A stretch of DNA of 64,000 nt, taken from positions 14,157,884 through 14,221,883 of the forward strand of contig NC_092371.1 of assembly GCF_030028105.1 (NCBI RefSeq). Reading direction: 5' to 3'. Of the stretch, positions 35,530 through 48,780 are shown one piece after another. How positions within the stretch are numbered: the stretch's first letter is position 1; each line of letters opens with the position of its first letter. The translations under genes were made by a program, and so were the position numbers. The notes under the pieces were generated by a model. The model saw only the letters and a list, made by a program, of their open reading frames with translations, was not told the origin of the DNA and ran no database searches. The DNA is from Mobula birostris (Eukaryota).

Positions 35530-36720
35530 GCAGCAAAAGACACAAAATGCTGGAGGAACTCAGCAGGCCAGCAGCATCTGTGGAAAAAAGCACAGTCGAC
35601 GTTTTGGGCCGAGATCCTTTATCAGGGCTAGAGAAAAGGTTGAGAATTGGTTGAGGTAGGTGTGGCAGGGTGGGAGGGGAGGTAGAAACACAACGTGATG
35701 GGTGATTCCGGGGGGTGGGGGTGGGAGAGGGCGAGGGATGTGTAATAAAGAGCTGGAAAGTTGATTGGTGAAGGAGATACAGAGCTGGAAAAGGGTTAAT
35801 CTGATAGGAGAGGACAGAAGGCCACGGAGGAAAGAACAGGTGGAAGAGCACCAGAGGGAGGTGATGGACAGGTAAGGAGATAAGGTGAGAGATTGGAATG
35901 GAAAGTGGAATTAAAATGCGTGGATATTGGGAGATCCCGCCTTTCCTGGCGTAGGTGCTCGGTGAAGTGGTCTCCGAATGTAAGTCGGGTTTCACCGATA
36001 TGCAGGAGGCTACACTGGTAGCACCGGATACAGTCGATTACCCCAACAGAATCACAGGTAAAGCATCGTCCCATCGAGAAAGGCTGTTTGGGTACCTGAA
36101 TGGCAGTGAGGGAGGAAGTGTAGGGGCAGACATAGCACTTGTTCCGTTTGCAAGGGTAAGTTCCAAAAAGGAATCAATGGGAAGTGACGAATAGTCAAGG
36201 AAGTCGCATAGGGCGCGAGGGAAAGGTGCTTGGTGTTGGGATTCCGTAGGAGATGGCGGAAGTTACGGAGAAACGTGCTGGACGCGAAGGCGGGGTGGTT
36301 GGTAGGTGAGGACAAGAGGAAATCTATCCCTGGTAGGGTGGCGGGAGAATGGGGTGAGGGCCGACGTGCTCGGAATGGAAGTGATGCGGTTGACGGCAGC
36401 GTTGATGGTGGAGGACGGGAACCCTTGTGTTTGAAGAAGGAGGACATCTTCGTTCACATCCTAAGAACAGATGTTGCGGAGACGGACGAATCGAGAGAAG
36501 GCGATGACAGTTTTACAAGTTTCTGGGTGAGAAGAGGTATTGTCCTGGTAGTTGTGAGAGTCAGTGGGTTTGTAATAGATATCAGTAGATAAGCTTGTCT
36601 CCAAAGATTGAGACAGAGAAATCGAGAAAGGAGAAAGAGTTGTTGGAAATAGACCATGTAAATTTGAGGGAAGCGTGGAAGTTGGAGGCAAAATTGATGA
36701 AGTCGACGTGCTCCCAATCA
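35530..36720 (-). mobile_element. Penelope-like retroelement 3' portion (RT thumb + GIY-YIG endonuclease + terminal repeat)
   Basis: LSTDIYYKPTDSHNY..TSSHP..CK..I.FS.F.RLR.ICS and FTC.S.GVI.CIRC..C.LLHIGET....GDHF.EHLR motifs. Terminal hammerhead-like motif at 35593-35629. Confidence 0.85.
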
Positions 36721-37369
36721 CGAAGTATGCCTTGAATAGGAGAAGATGACAAAAGTGTGATAAACCTTCAGACAGGAAAGAAATAAACAGTCAATGAATG
36801 GCTGAAGGAATGTATCGAAAGGAAGGATGGCACCAGTCTAGAGTATGGCCCTTTTGGTAAATTCGGATTTTGTAATGAACATCTTGGTGTTTACGTGGAC
36901 TTTAGAAGGATTTTTGTCAAAGATCCGCATGGTAAGCTGGTTCGGAAGATTGGACAACATCAGACAAGGATTGAGGGAGCCAATTACCTGAAAAAAGTTG
37001 GTGTGGCATTGGATTGAGAGCGTTAGTGAAGCATCCTTTTACACACTGGAGGACTGTTATCAATGGCGTACAACAGGGACATGTGTTGGCTCTACAATTG
37101 CTCGACTATAATAAACATTTGGAGGAGAAAGTGGTTGACATGCTTGGCATGTTGTACTTTGTGATGATAAACTCAATAACTCCCGCGTCAAATTGCAAGA
37201 ACCTGAGGAGTGTTGTAGAACAGAGATACCGAGGGACACCACAGGCAATATGAATGATGCTGAATCATGTTATGTCCAAACATATATCAATTCCAGCCTG
37301 GAATCTGGCCAGGCTATTAGAGAGTGAATTTCATCAGTTGTCAGTTGCTGACTGAACTGGGTGATATCA

Positions 37370-37780
37370 CAGTTTCTCATCCTGTCCACCATCGCTTAAC
37401 ACCCACGCCACCTCCCCCACGCCAACAGACAGGACTTTACCCGTGATAGTCTCGGCTTTAGCCAGTACTTCTTGTAGGTCTTTCCATTCAAGGTTACTGG
37501 TGTTTCCATAGCAGGCAGTGATACAAGCCGTCAATAGAGACTCAATCGTGCATCTATAGAAGTTTGTAAGAGCTTTAGATATCATGCCAAGCTTGACAGA
37601 CTTCAAAGAAATCAGTGGCCCTGCCGTGCGTTTTTGTAATGGCGATTGTGGGTTGGACCCTGGACAGAAATGATAACATCTCTGATATCCTGATAAGGAC
37701 TGGCTGAAGGATCTCCGACTTCCTCCCCCTGTAGTCAATAAACTGTTCTTTGGTTTTGCTGACATTCAGTGAGACATTGT
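37370..37780 (-). mobile_element. Rex1/Babar C-terminal fragment
   Basis: LTNFYRCTIESLLTACITACYGN motif. Confidence 0.65.
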
Positions 37781-38469
37781 TGATGTGGCACTATTCAGCC
37801 AGATTAGGACATTTCTTTGAGTCAGTCCTCTCCCCCAGGGAATCAAAGGTTACACGACCGACACGGAAACTTAGATCCGAAGACCAGTGGTAGATATCTT
37901 TCACAATCTGCCAGAGGTAGTGGTAAAGGGAAGTAAAATTGTGCAGTTTATAAGACATCCGGGCAGTTAGACCGATATTAAAATTTTACGGTGATATTAG
38001 TCAAACACATACAAATGGGATGAGCACAGTTAGGCAACTTGGCCGGCACGGACAAGTTAGGCAGAAGGAACCATTTCTGTGCTTTATATCTCTGTAAGTA
38101 TAAATATCGCTGCTCTCAGGGATAGGGAACTAGTGTCATAGTCGGTTGTCACTGAGGCTCAATAAGAACCACTCCTAGGGCTTCTAATAAATATCATCGC
38201 TGCGAATATCGTCTGGGCAGTGCTGGGGATATGACCATTTCATATCTTGGATAACAGTGAAGCAGTTGCGCGAGGTCCATGCGTGAGCCTATATATTCCC
38301 TTGTGTGTCTAGCGTTGAAATATTTATCCGGTCTTCAGATTGTGCTGAGGGTTGGTTCAGAGTTTAGGTGACTTACCGAGCCCATGATAACCCTCTGGAC
38401 TAGTCACAAATCCTCATGTTCGTCAAGTGAGTTTTCTGTTCGTTGCTTTCAGAGTTATACGTTTATCAG

Positions 38470-38519
38470 ACACGGAGCTGAGAGAGACATCATCTCCTCC
38501 ACCCCTCCTCTTTCTCTTT

Positions 38520-38550
<31 letters not shown>

Positions 38551-38870
38551 CCTACCCCTCGCTGCTCGCGCTCTCCCCCTCTCCCTCTTCTCTCTCCCTT
38601 TCTCTGCCTCTGTGTCTGTGTGTCCCTTCCTTCCGCCACTCTCATCTGTCTCTCCCCATCTCTCACACACATTTTCTCCGCTCACTTTCTTTTCTAACTC
38701 ATTCTGCCTCACCTCTCACTGTTCCTTCTTTCACCCCATCTCTCTGCCTCCCCGCTCTCACCGTCTCACCGTTCACCCTCTGTCTCTCCTGTTTCCCATA
38801 ACTCATTCTACCTCTCTCACTCTGCCCCCTCTCCTTCCTTGTCCCAATTCTGTCCCCCATTCATCGCTTG
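38470..38870 (+). repeat. (CA)n plus CT-rich low-complexity tract
   Basis: Visible dinucleotide and pyrimidine-rich composition. Confidence 0.85.
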
Positions 38871-38914
38871 TCACAAGAAATTCCAATTGTGTAAGCTTTG
38901 TTTTTTAAGATTTA

Positions 38915-39210
38915 GTTTCAGAATGCGCCTCTTCATATTATTGCAGCTTCTCAGAATGAGAGAATTGAAAAACCGTTGTATGTCATCAACGCCCCCACCT
39001 TCCCGGCACCTCGCGATCGCGCCACCTGCACCACTTCACAAACAGGACAGAAACAGCAGCAATTTGTGTAACTGTCGCTAAATAAAGGCTGTACAAACCC
39101 CGTCCCGGTCCCGTGGGGAGATGACGCGGTCCGCAGCTGCATCAGTGCCGCTCACAACACGGACAGTCCGACCCTATCCATCCATCCGTCCCATCCTTGA
39201 CTCTGGTAAG
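38915..39210 (+). promoter_or_regulatory. Promoter/first-exon-like cassette, copy B (inverted homolog at 13325-13800)
   Basis: CACCTG 39023-39028, TAAATAAA 39079-39086, ATG 39121, CAGCTG 39134-39139, and CTCTG|GTAAG donor at 39206. Confidence 0.4.
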
Positions 39211-40524
39211 CGACTAAAAAAACAAAGGGGTCCTGGGTGAGAAAATTGAAAGCCCCTGACTGAATGAGGGAGAGGTGAACTGGACTGACCAGTGTACTAC
39301 GGTCAGGAACAGTTTGAGGGAGATTGACTATATCCTAGGTTATGAACGACACGTATTCGAAATTTTAATCACCATCTCTAATTATCCAATAAGAGTAAAT
39401 CGATAGAACAAGCCTTACTTAAGCCAGACTGCAGGATATTAAGCAATAGCATTTCACAAATAAAAACAAGCCAATGTTTCACAGTGCAGTTATTAGGTAA
39501 ACATTGATACCGTGTCACTTAAGTCGAACATTTAATTGGATGAAATTTTTTCTCATCTGTTACACAGTATCCAACAAATCGTGACAGAAGGAAGGCTGGG
39601 TGATGATGAACTAAATCATGGACAAGAGAAGGGAGATTTGATGTCCCACACGTGGCTCGCTGTTAATAACGTCCCTCACTACAGTGAGGATCAGCATCAG
39701 AATCAGGTATAATATCACATTCATATGTCGTGAAATGTGTTGTTTGTACCCCAGAGTGCTGAGGACCCGATTAAAATAAACATGGGATGTCATAACGTAA
39801 TAGAGTAGCACAACACCGAATCAGACCTTTCGGTCCATCTAGCCTGTTCCGAAATATTAATATGGTTAGTGCCTTCATTCTGCAGCCAGACCATAGGCCT
39901 CCATACCCCTCCCTCCATCCAAATTTCTCTTAAATGTTGAAATTGACCCGAATCCATCACAACCGCTGGTAACACTTTCTACACTCCCACCATCCTTAGA
40001 GTGAAGAAGTTTTCTCCGATGTTCCCTTTAAATATTCCATCCTTTAACCTTATGCCACGATCTCTAGTCATTGCCTGACCCAATATCAGTAGAAAAATGG
40101 CCTACTAATATTTTACCCTTGCTATATCCCGCGGTAGTGGCGTAGTAGGAGACATGAAGACCCACCAGAACTCCCACAAAAAGTATGTAAGAAGAAATTT
40201 AAAATAGAAAGTCATTTTTTCGATCGGATAGGGTCTTTTAAGAGACTCCTGGAATGGTACATGGAGCTTAGAAAAACAGAGGGCTGTGGGTAATCTTAGG
40301 TAATTTCAAAGGTAACGACATGCTCGACACAGTTTTGTGACGGAAAGGCCTGTATTGTGCTATAGGGTTTCTTTGTTTCTATGTTTCTATGAAAGGTTAA
40401 CGTGGATCAATTTCACACAGAGAATGTTAATACTAGTAAGTACATAAATAAAGCGTCGGTGAAATCATACACATGTATGAAAAATCAGAGGACGCCTTCC
40501 GGAAATATATTGGAATGACAGGCT

Positions 40525-43292
40525 AACGTGTCACTTCAATATTCAGGAGGAATAGACATGAAGGAAAAGGAGGTGGCGTGGCGTTGCTGGTTAAAGATGA
40601 GATTAACGCAATAGAAAGGAAGGACATAAGCCGGGAAGATGTGGAATCGATATGGGTAGAGCTGCATAACACTAAGGGGCAGAAAACGCTGCTGGGAGTT
40701 GTGTACAGGCCACCTAACAGTAATAGTGAGGTCGGAGATGATATTAAACGGGAAATTAGAAATGTGTGCAATAAAGGAACAGCAGTTATAATGGGTGACT
40801 TCAATCTACATGTAGATTGGGTGAACCAAATTGGTAAAGGTGCTGAGGAAGAGGATTTCTTGGAATGTATGCGGGATGGTTTTTTGAACCAACATGTCGA
40901 GGAACCGACTAGAGAGCAGGCTATTCTGGACTGGGTATTGAGCAATGAGGAAGGGTTAATTAGCAATCTTGTCGTGAGAGGCCCCTTGGGTAAGAGTGAC
41001 CATAATATGGTGGAATTCTTCATTAAGATAGAGAGTGACATAGTTAATTCAGAAACAAAGGTTCTGAACTTAAAGAGGGGTAACTTTGAAGGTATGAGAA
41101 GTGAATTAGCTAAGATAGACTGGCAAATGACACTTAAAGGATTGACGGTGGATATGCAATGGAAGCATTTAAGGATTGCATGGATGAGCTACAACAATTG
41201 TTCATCCCAGTTTGGCAAAAGAATAAATCAAGGAAGGTAGTGCACCCGTGGCTGACAAGAGAAATTAGGGATAGTATCAATTCCAAAGAAGAAACATACA
41301 AATTAGCCAGAAAAAGTGGCTCACCTGAGGACTGGGATAAATTCAGAGTTCAGCAGCGGAGGACAAAGGGCTTAATTAGGAAGGGGAAAAAGATTATGAG
41401 AGAAAACTGGCAGGAAACATAAAAACGGACTGTAAAAGCTTTTATAGATATGTGAAAAGAAAAAGATTGGTTAAGACAAATGTAGGTCCCCTGCAGACAG
41501 AAACAGGTGAATTGATTATGGGGAGCAAGGACATGGCAGACGAATTGAATAACTACTTTGGTTCTGTCTTCACTAAGGAGGACATAAATAATCTTCCAGA
41601 AATAGTAGGGGACAGAGGATCCAGTGAGATGGAGGAACTGAGGGAAATACATGTTAATAGGGAAGTGGTGTTGGGTAAATTGAAGGGATTAAAGGCAGAT
41701 AAATCCCCAGGGCCAGATGGTCCGCATCCCAGAGTGCTTAAGGAAGTAGCCCAAGAAATAGTGGATGCATTAGTGATAATTTTTCAAAACTCGTTAGATT
41801 CTGGACTAGTTCCTGAGGATTGGAGGGTGGCTAATGTAACCCCACTTTTTAAAAAAGGAGGGAGAGAGAAACCGGGGAATTATAGACCGGTTAGCCTAAC
41901 GTTGGTGGTGGGGAAACTGCTGGAGTCAGTTATCAAAGATGTTGATAACAGCACATTTGGAAAGCGGTGAAATCATCGGACAAAGTCAGCATGGATTTGT
42001 GAAAGGAAAATCATGTCTGACGAATCTCATAGAATTTTTTGAGGATGTAACTAGTAGAGTGGATAGGGGAGAACCAGTGGATGTGGTATATTTAGATTTT
42101 CAAAAGGCTTTTGACAAAGGTCCCACACAGGAGATTAGTGTGCAAACTTAAAGCACACGGTATTGAGGGTAAGGTATTGATATGGATAGAGAGTTGGTTA
42201 GCAGACAGGAAGCAAAGAGTGGGAATAAACGGGACCTTTTCAGAATGGCAGGCAGTGACTAGTGGGGTACCGCAAGGCTCAGTGCTGGGACCCCAGTTGT
42301 TTACAATATATATTAATGACTTGGATGAGGGAATTACTGCAGCATCTCCAAGTTTGCGGATGACACGAAGCTGGGCGGCAGTGTTAGCTGTGAGGAGGAT
42401 GCTAAGAGGATGCAGGGTGACTTGGATAAGTTGGTTGAGTGGGCAAATTCATGGCAGATGCAATTTAATGGGGGTAAATGTGAAGTTATCCATTTTGGTG
42501 GCAAAAATAGGAAAACAGATTATTATCTGAATGGTGGCCGATTAGGAAAAAGGGAGGTGCAACGAGACCTGGGTGTCATTATACACCAGTCATTGAAAGT
42601 GGGCATGCAAGTACAGCAGGCGGTGAAAAAGGCGAATGGTATACTGGCATTTACAGCAAGAGGATTCGAGTACAGGAGCAGGGAGGTACTACTGCAGTTG
42701 TACAAGGCCTTGGTGAGACCACACCTAGAGTATTGTGTGCAGTTTTGGTCCCCTAATCTGAGGAAAGACATACTTGCCATAGAGGGAGTACAAAGAAGGT
42801 TCACCAGATTGATTCCTGGGATGGCAGGACTTTCATATGAAGAACGACTGGATGAACTGGGCTTGTACTCGTTGGAATTTAGAAGATTGAGGGGGGATCT
42901 GATTGAAACGTATAAAATCCTAAAAGAATTGGACAGGCTAGATGCAGGAAGATTGTTCCCGATGTTGGGGAAGTCCAGAACGAGGGGTCACAGTTTGAGG
43001 ATAAAGGGGAAGCTTTTTAGGACCGAGATTAGGAAAAACTTCTTCATACAGAGAGTGGTGAATCTGTGGAATTCTCTGCCACAGGAAACAGTTGAGGCCA
43101 GTTCATTGGCTATATTTAAGAGGGAGTTAGATATGGCTCTTGTAGCTACGGGGATCAGGGGGTATGGAGGGAAGGCTGGTGCAGGGTTCTGAGTTGGATG
43201 ATCAACCTGATCATAATAAATGGCGGTGCAGGCTCGAAGGGCCGAATGGCCTACTCCTGCAGCTATCTTCTATGTTTCTGTGTTTCTATGTA
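40525..43292 (+). mobile_element. CR1 LINE, nearly complete ORF2 (APE endonuclease + RT) broken by frameshifts
   Basis: Six overlapping frames from 40578 to 43192 cover [51 protein letters not shown] and LEYCVQFWSP. Ends in a (TTCTATGT)n tail. Confidence 0.93.
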
Positions 43293-43335
43293 TGCAGGCG
43301 GCATATAGACACGTATAATCATACATATATTAAGA

Positions 43336-43377
<42 letters not shown>

Positions 43378-43479
43378 TAGTGTGGAGAGAGAGCGAGCAG
43401 AGGGGTAGACAACATGTTTTTAGCATCTTCCTCATGGAGGGATGGTGGAACGTATTATTAAGACTATAAGACCATAAGA

Positions 43480-46400
43480 CATAGGAGCAGCATTCGGCCA
43501 TCTGGACGATCGAGTCTGCTGCGCCATTCAATCATGACTGATCCTTTTTTCATCTCCTCCCTAACGCCAGTTCCCGTCCTTCTCCCCGTAACATTTGATG
43601 TCATGTCCAATCAAAAACCTACTAATCTCTGTCTTAAATTCTGACCCGGCCTCCACAGCTGCAAGTGGCAATAAATTCCACAAGTTCAATACCGTTTGGC
43701 TGAAGAAAATACTCCTCATCTTTGACTTCAAACGGCGCCCCTCTATCATGAGGCTGTGCCCTCTTGGCTTTCACTTTCCTACCATGAGAAACATCTTTTC
43801 CACATCTGCTCTGTGTTGGACACTTAACATTCCAAGGATTTCAATGACCCCCCCCCCGCCCCGCCTGATCCTTCTGAATTCCAGCGAGTACAGACCCAGA
43901 GCCATTAAACTTCTCTCGTATGATAACCCTTTCATTCCTGGAATCATCATTGTGAACCTCCGCTGGACTCTGACCAATGCCAGCACATCCTTTCTAAGAT
44001 GAGGGCCGAAACTTTTGACAATACACAAAGTGAGGCCTCACCAGAGCTTTATAAAGCCTCAGCATCATATCCTTGCTCTTGTACGCTAGACCTCTTGAAA
44101 TAAATGCTAAAGTGGCATTTGCCTTCCTCATCGCCGACTCAGACTTCAAGTTCACCTTCAGGGTATTCTGCTAGGCATTCCCAAACCCCTCTGCATTTCA
44201 GATTTCTTGATTTTCTCCCCGTTGAGAAAATAGGCCGTACATTTATTTCTACTATCCAAAGTGCGTAACCATGCATTTCCCAACATTGTATTTAATTTGC
44301 CACTTTCTAGCCCATTCTCCTATCCCGTCTAAGTCCTTTGCTCAACACTACCTGTCCCTCCACCAATCTTCGTATCATCTGCAAACTTGGCAACAAAGCC
44401 ATCTGTTCCATCATCTAAATCATTTATATACAGCAGAAAAAGAAGTGGACGGAACACCGACCCCTGTGGAACACAACGAGTCAATGGCAGCCAACCAGAA
44501 AAGGATGCTCTTATTTCTCCACGCTGCCTACTACCAATCAACCAATACTCTAGGAATGTTGGTAACATTCCTGTAATACCACTGGATCTTAAGTTGGTAA
44601 GCAGCCTCATGTGTGGCACCTTATCAAAGGCCTTCTGAAAATCCAAATATACAAGATCTACTGAACTCCCTTTATTCTACTTGAAATCTCAAAAAATTTG
44701 AACAGGTTCGTCAGGTAGTATTTTCCCTGAAGGAAGACATGCTGATTATATACTATGTTGTCCTGTGTCACCAAGTTGTCTATCACATCGTCCTTAACAA
44801 TTGACTCTAACATCTTCCCTAAAACTGAGGTCAGGCTAACTTGTCTATAATTTCCTTTCAGCTGCCTTCCTCCCTTCTTAAAGAGAGGAGTATCTTTTGG
44901 AAATTTTCAGTCTTCTGGTAATACGCCAGAGTCCAATTTTTATTGAAAGATCATTTCTCATGCCACCATAACCTCTGACGCTACCTCTTTCAGAACAGTA
45001 GGGTGCAGTTCCTCTGGTCCGGGTGACTTATGTACCTTTTGCTTTTTCAGCACCTTCTCTCATGGTTCTTTTTCCTTAAGCTCCCTAATCACCTCCGGTT
45101 GGTTACTAACACCGAATCCAGTATAACTGATCCGCTTGTAGGCACATCGACAAACTGCTCTAAAAAGCTATCTCCAAGGCATTCAACAAACTCACGCTCT
45201 TGAGGTCGATTACTAACTTTATTTTCCCAACCGACCTGCATGTTAAAGTCTTCCGTAACTACATTGCTCGTTTGAATCGCCTTCTATATTTCCTGTTGTA
45301 ACGTGTGGTCCACCTCTCAGCCACTGTTGCGAGGCTTGTATATAACTGCAATCAATGTCCTCTTACCCTTGCAGTTTCCCAACTCAACCCACAAGGATTC
45401 AACTTCTTCCAATCCTATGTCACATCTTTCTATTGACCTGATCCCATTTTTACCAGTAGAGCCACACCAGTCCCTCTGCCTACCTTCATATTCCCCCGAC
45501 ATAACGTGTAACGTTGGATATTCTGCTCCCAACTACAACCATCCTTCAGCCACGATTTAGTGATGGCCACAGCATCATACCTGCCAATCTGTAATATTGC
45601 AACAAGATCATCCACCTTATTTCTTGTACTACGGGCATTTAGATACAACACCTTTGGTACTGTATTTACTATCCTTTCTGACCTCGCATCCCTATTGTTC
45701 TGATAATCAACCTGATGGCTGCAACTAAGTTCCATCATTGCGTGTCCTTCCGGATAATCTGACTGCACGCTATCTTCACTTTTTACCATCCGTCCTATCC
45801 TGAATCCCTTCACTCCGGTTCCCACCAACTTGCCAAGTTAGCTTAACCCCTCCCCAACAGCTCTAACAAACCCGTCCGCGAGAATATTAGACACCCTCGA
45901 GTTCAGGTGCAACCCACCACTTTTGAACAGGTCATACCTCCCCCAGAAGAAATCCCAATTATGCAATAACCTGACACCCTGATTCTCAGCCATGCATTTA
46001 TCTGCAATTTATCTGCATTTATTCTACCCTCGCTGGACTGTGGCTCAGGCAGCAATCCAGAAATTACTACTCGGGATGTCCTGCGTCTTAGCTTTCTACC
46101 TTGATCTCTAAATTCTCTTTTCAGGATCTCATTTCTTTTCCTTCCTATGATTGGTACCAATATGTACCAAGAAGTCTGGCTGCTCCCCTGACCCTGGCAC
46201 CTGGGAGGCAACATACCATTCGGGTGTCTCGTTCACGCCTCCAGAATCTCCTGTCTATTTCCCTCTCTATCGAGTCCTCTATCAATGCCGCTCCTTTCCT
46301 CTCTCACTTTCCCTTTTACTCTACTGCCCCATGCTCGGTGCCTGTAACCCGGTCGCGGTGGCATTCTCCCGGGTGGTCATCCTCCACAAAATTATCCAAA

Positions 46401-46520
46401 GCGGTATACTTCTTTTTGAGGGGAATAGCCAGAGGGGTGCTCTGTTCTAACTGCCCATTTCCATTTCTCCTGACAGTCCTCGCCTCCTGCAACTTCGGGG
46501 TGACTATTTCCGTGTAACTT
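43480..46520 (-). mobile_element. CR1 remnant shared with the cluster 1 flank
   Basis: RT C-terminus, endonuclease and ORF1 pieces. Same 5' truncation junction as at about 1700. Confidence 0.85.
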
Positions 46521-48040
46521 TGATCACTGTATCTCCGCTCTCCTCACATTAAGGAAGTTCCTGCAGATCATCCGGGAAACAGGGTTAGAAAACGTGATCG
46601 GCAAATCTCTTGGTGATCTCTTGGTAATCGTGTCATAACTTACGCAGTAGAAAGATTGGCAATAAGCGGTCGCAGTGAATGTTGATTATCAGAAGGCCGC
46701 CCGTAAAGTGATTCGCAAGAGCTTGCTGAAGAAAAAAATCCAGCTGTTCACAGTGTATATGTAAACACTTGGACAAGGGAATGAAGTGTAATAGTGCCAT
46801 GTTTGTTGATTGTCAAGGTTATCAGGGCAGTGCAGAATGACTGAGATGATGTTCATAGATTAAGAAAACAGGCAGGAATGCAAAATACTGAATAAAATGT
46901 GGAAAACTTGAGGTGATGTGCAGAAAAACGTTTTAAATTGGAGTCTCTTTCAATGGCGAAATGGCGAGGTCGTGTGTGCAAGTTCATGTTGAAGTTTACT
47001 GCCAATTAACCATACACATGTACACAAAAGAACCTCCCTTACTCTGAGGCCAAGGTGAAAAGCAATACATATTAGATATAGTGACGATCCAACACACGCA
47101 GTCAGAAAATGGATATTAGTATGGATGTCTGAGTGGCATGGCCTGAAGATCGACAGGTTGACATGAAGTGGAAGTGAATGTTTATGTAAGGCAGAATAAG
47201 GTTTATTAATCCATCTATTTGTGAATGTATTTATTTGTTTGTTGTATTTGCACAGTTTGTATTATTTTGCACATTGGTTGTTTGACCGTCTTAGTATTTA
47301 GCTTTTCCTTGATTCTACTGTATTCCTTAATATCTACTGCGAATGCCCGCAAGTTAATGAAACTCAGGGAAGTATGTTATGTCTTACCGCACTTTGATAG
47401 TAAATTTATATTCAACTTTGAATTTTATGATCCCAAGCCTGTGACCACGGTCTAATTTATAAGCCTCAATTAATCAAACCAGTGGTTTCTGTTCAGTGGT
47501 TTCCCCGGATGTTGATGGCGAAGTAAGGTCATGGAACGTCACGGGCTGGTGGTCAGGTCCTTTCCTGTTGACAGGGGCCATTGCTGGGAACTAATGTAAA
47601 CAGACTGATGTTTACTCCTACCAGCCTTCCCTGACCATTTTTGGAGTCTTGTTCCATGCCTCAATATCTCACTGTCGGAAAATTACATGACTGGGATTTC
47701 AGGTGAACGTTCTCGGACGTAAACGGCGACCGTCTATTTCCCTGCTGAGATGCTGCCTGACCCGTTCAGTCCTTCCAGCTCTTTCTGAGTTGCTCCAGAT
47801 TCCAGCATCGGTGCAATTATTGCTGAAATTCCCATCTAATGATATGCGTAAGAATCACTGCGGAGAGGAGCACTCCTACTGCCCAGCTGCGTTGATTGCG
47901 TTTCATTGCAACCTCTTTGCACAATGAATGACCCTAATGTCCGTCGTTAAATGGAATTCTGCCCAAGTCTGCTTTAGAGACGATAGAGAAAAACACTTGT
48001 CCGTTGGGAGTTAACCATTTTTGCGACAAAATTTATTTTC

Positions 48041-48780
48041 TAAATTGGATGAATTGGGTATAGAACTGACAGAGGAGGTCTAGGATGGGTGTTTAAAGAG
48101 TATACATGATTGTTCGGTCAACGTCAAACATAGACTTAGACAGTTTATAACAATAAATATTCTTTATTACTCCAAAGAAAAGTTGCACAGTTTCTACCCT
48201 GATGCTTCACGAGTTTGTAATAGATATAAATCTGTGAACAGTAACTTGACACATTTACTCTGGTCATGTGGTAAGATTGATGCATACTGGAAAAGTAGTT
48301 TTCACTGTTTCTCTGAGGCTTATGGGATGCCATGGGAACCAGACCCGCTTATAGCCATCCTTGGAGTAACAAGCTGCCTATCTTCAGCCAATAAGTATGA
48401 AAAAAAGGCTGTATTGTTTGGCATGGTGATCGCTAAGAAGTAAATCCTGCAAATGTGGAAAATGGACTCTGTGCCTACGTACGATCTGTGGCTGAGCGAG
48501 CTGGCAAATACGTTACATTTGGAGAGACTGAGACTATGTACTGAGGACAGAGAGAACATCTTTGAAAGGATATGGAGCCTTGTTTTGGACTTACGGCGTG
48601 AGGACTGAGGTTTTTTGGTGGGGGACACCTCTGCTGTGTACGTTTACTTTTCCCTTTATATTTTTCTCCCTTTTGCCGCTCAATATTTAATTAGATATTG
48701 TTAAGGTCGTAGCTTTTGAAGATGTGCTATTTTATTTTTGTTTGTAATAAAAATAAAAAGAATATAAAAAAATATTCTAT
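48041..48780 (+). mobile_element. 5'-truncated L1 (ORF2 C-terminal Cys-rich domain, 3' UTR, A-rich tail), present only in unit B
   Basis: Reads ELGIELTEE...RVCNRYK...LTHLLWSC...AVLFGMVIAKK and ends in AATAAAAATAAAAAGAATATAAAAAAA. The empty site in unit A is at about 3283-3286. Confidence 0.8.
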
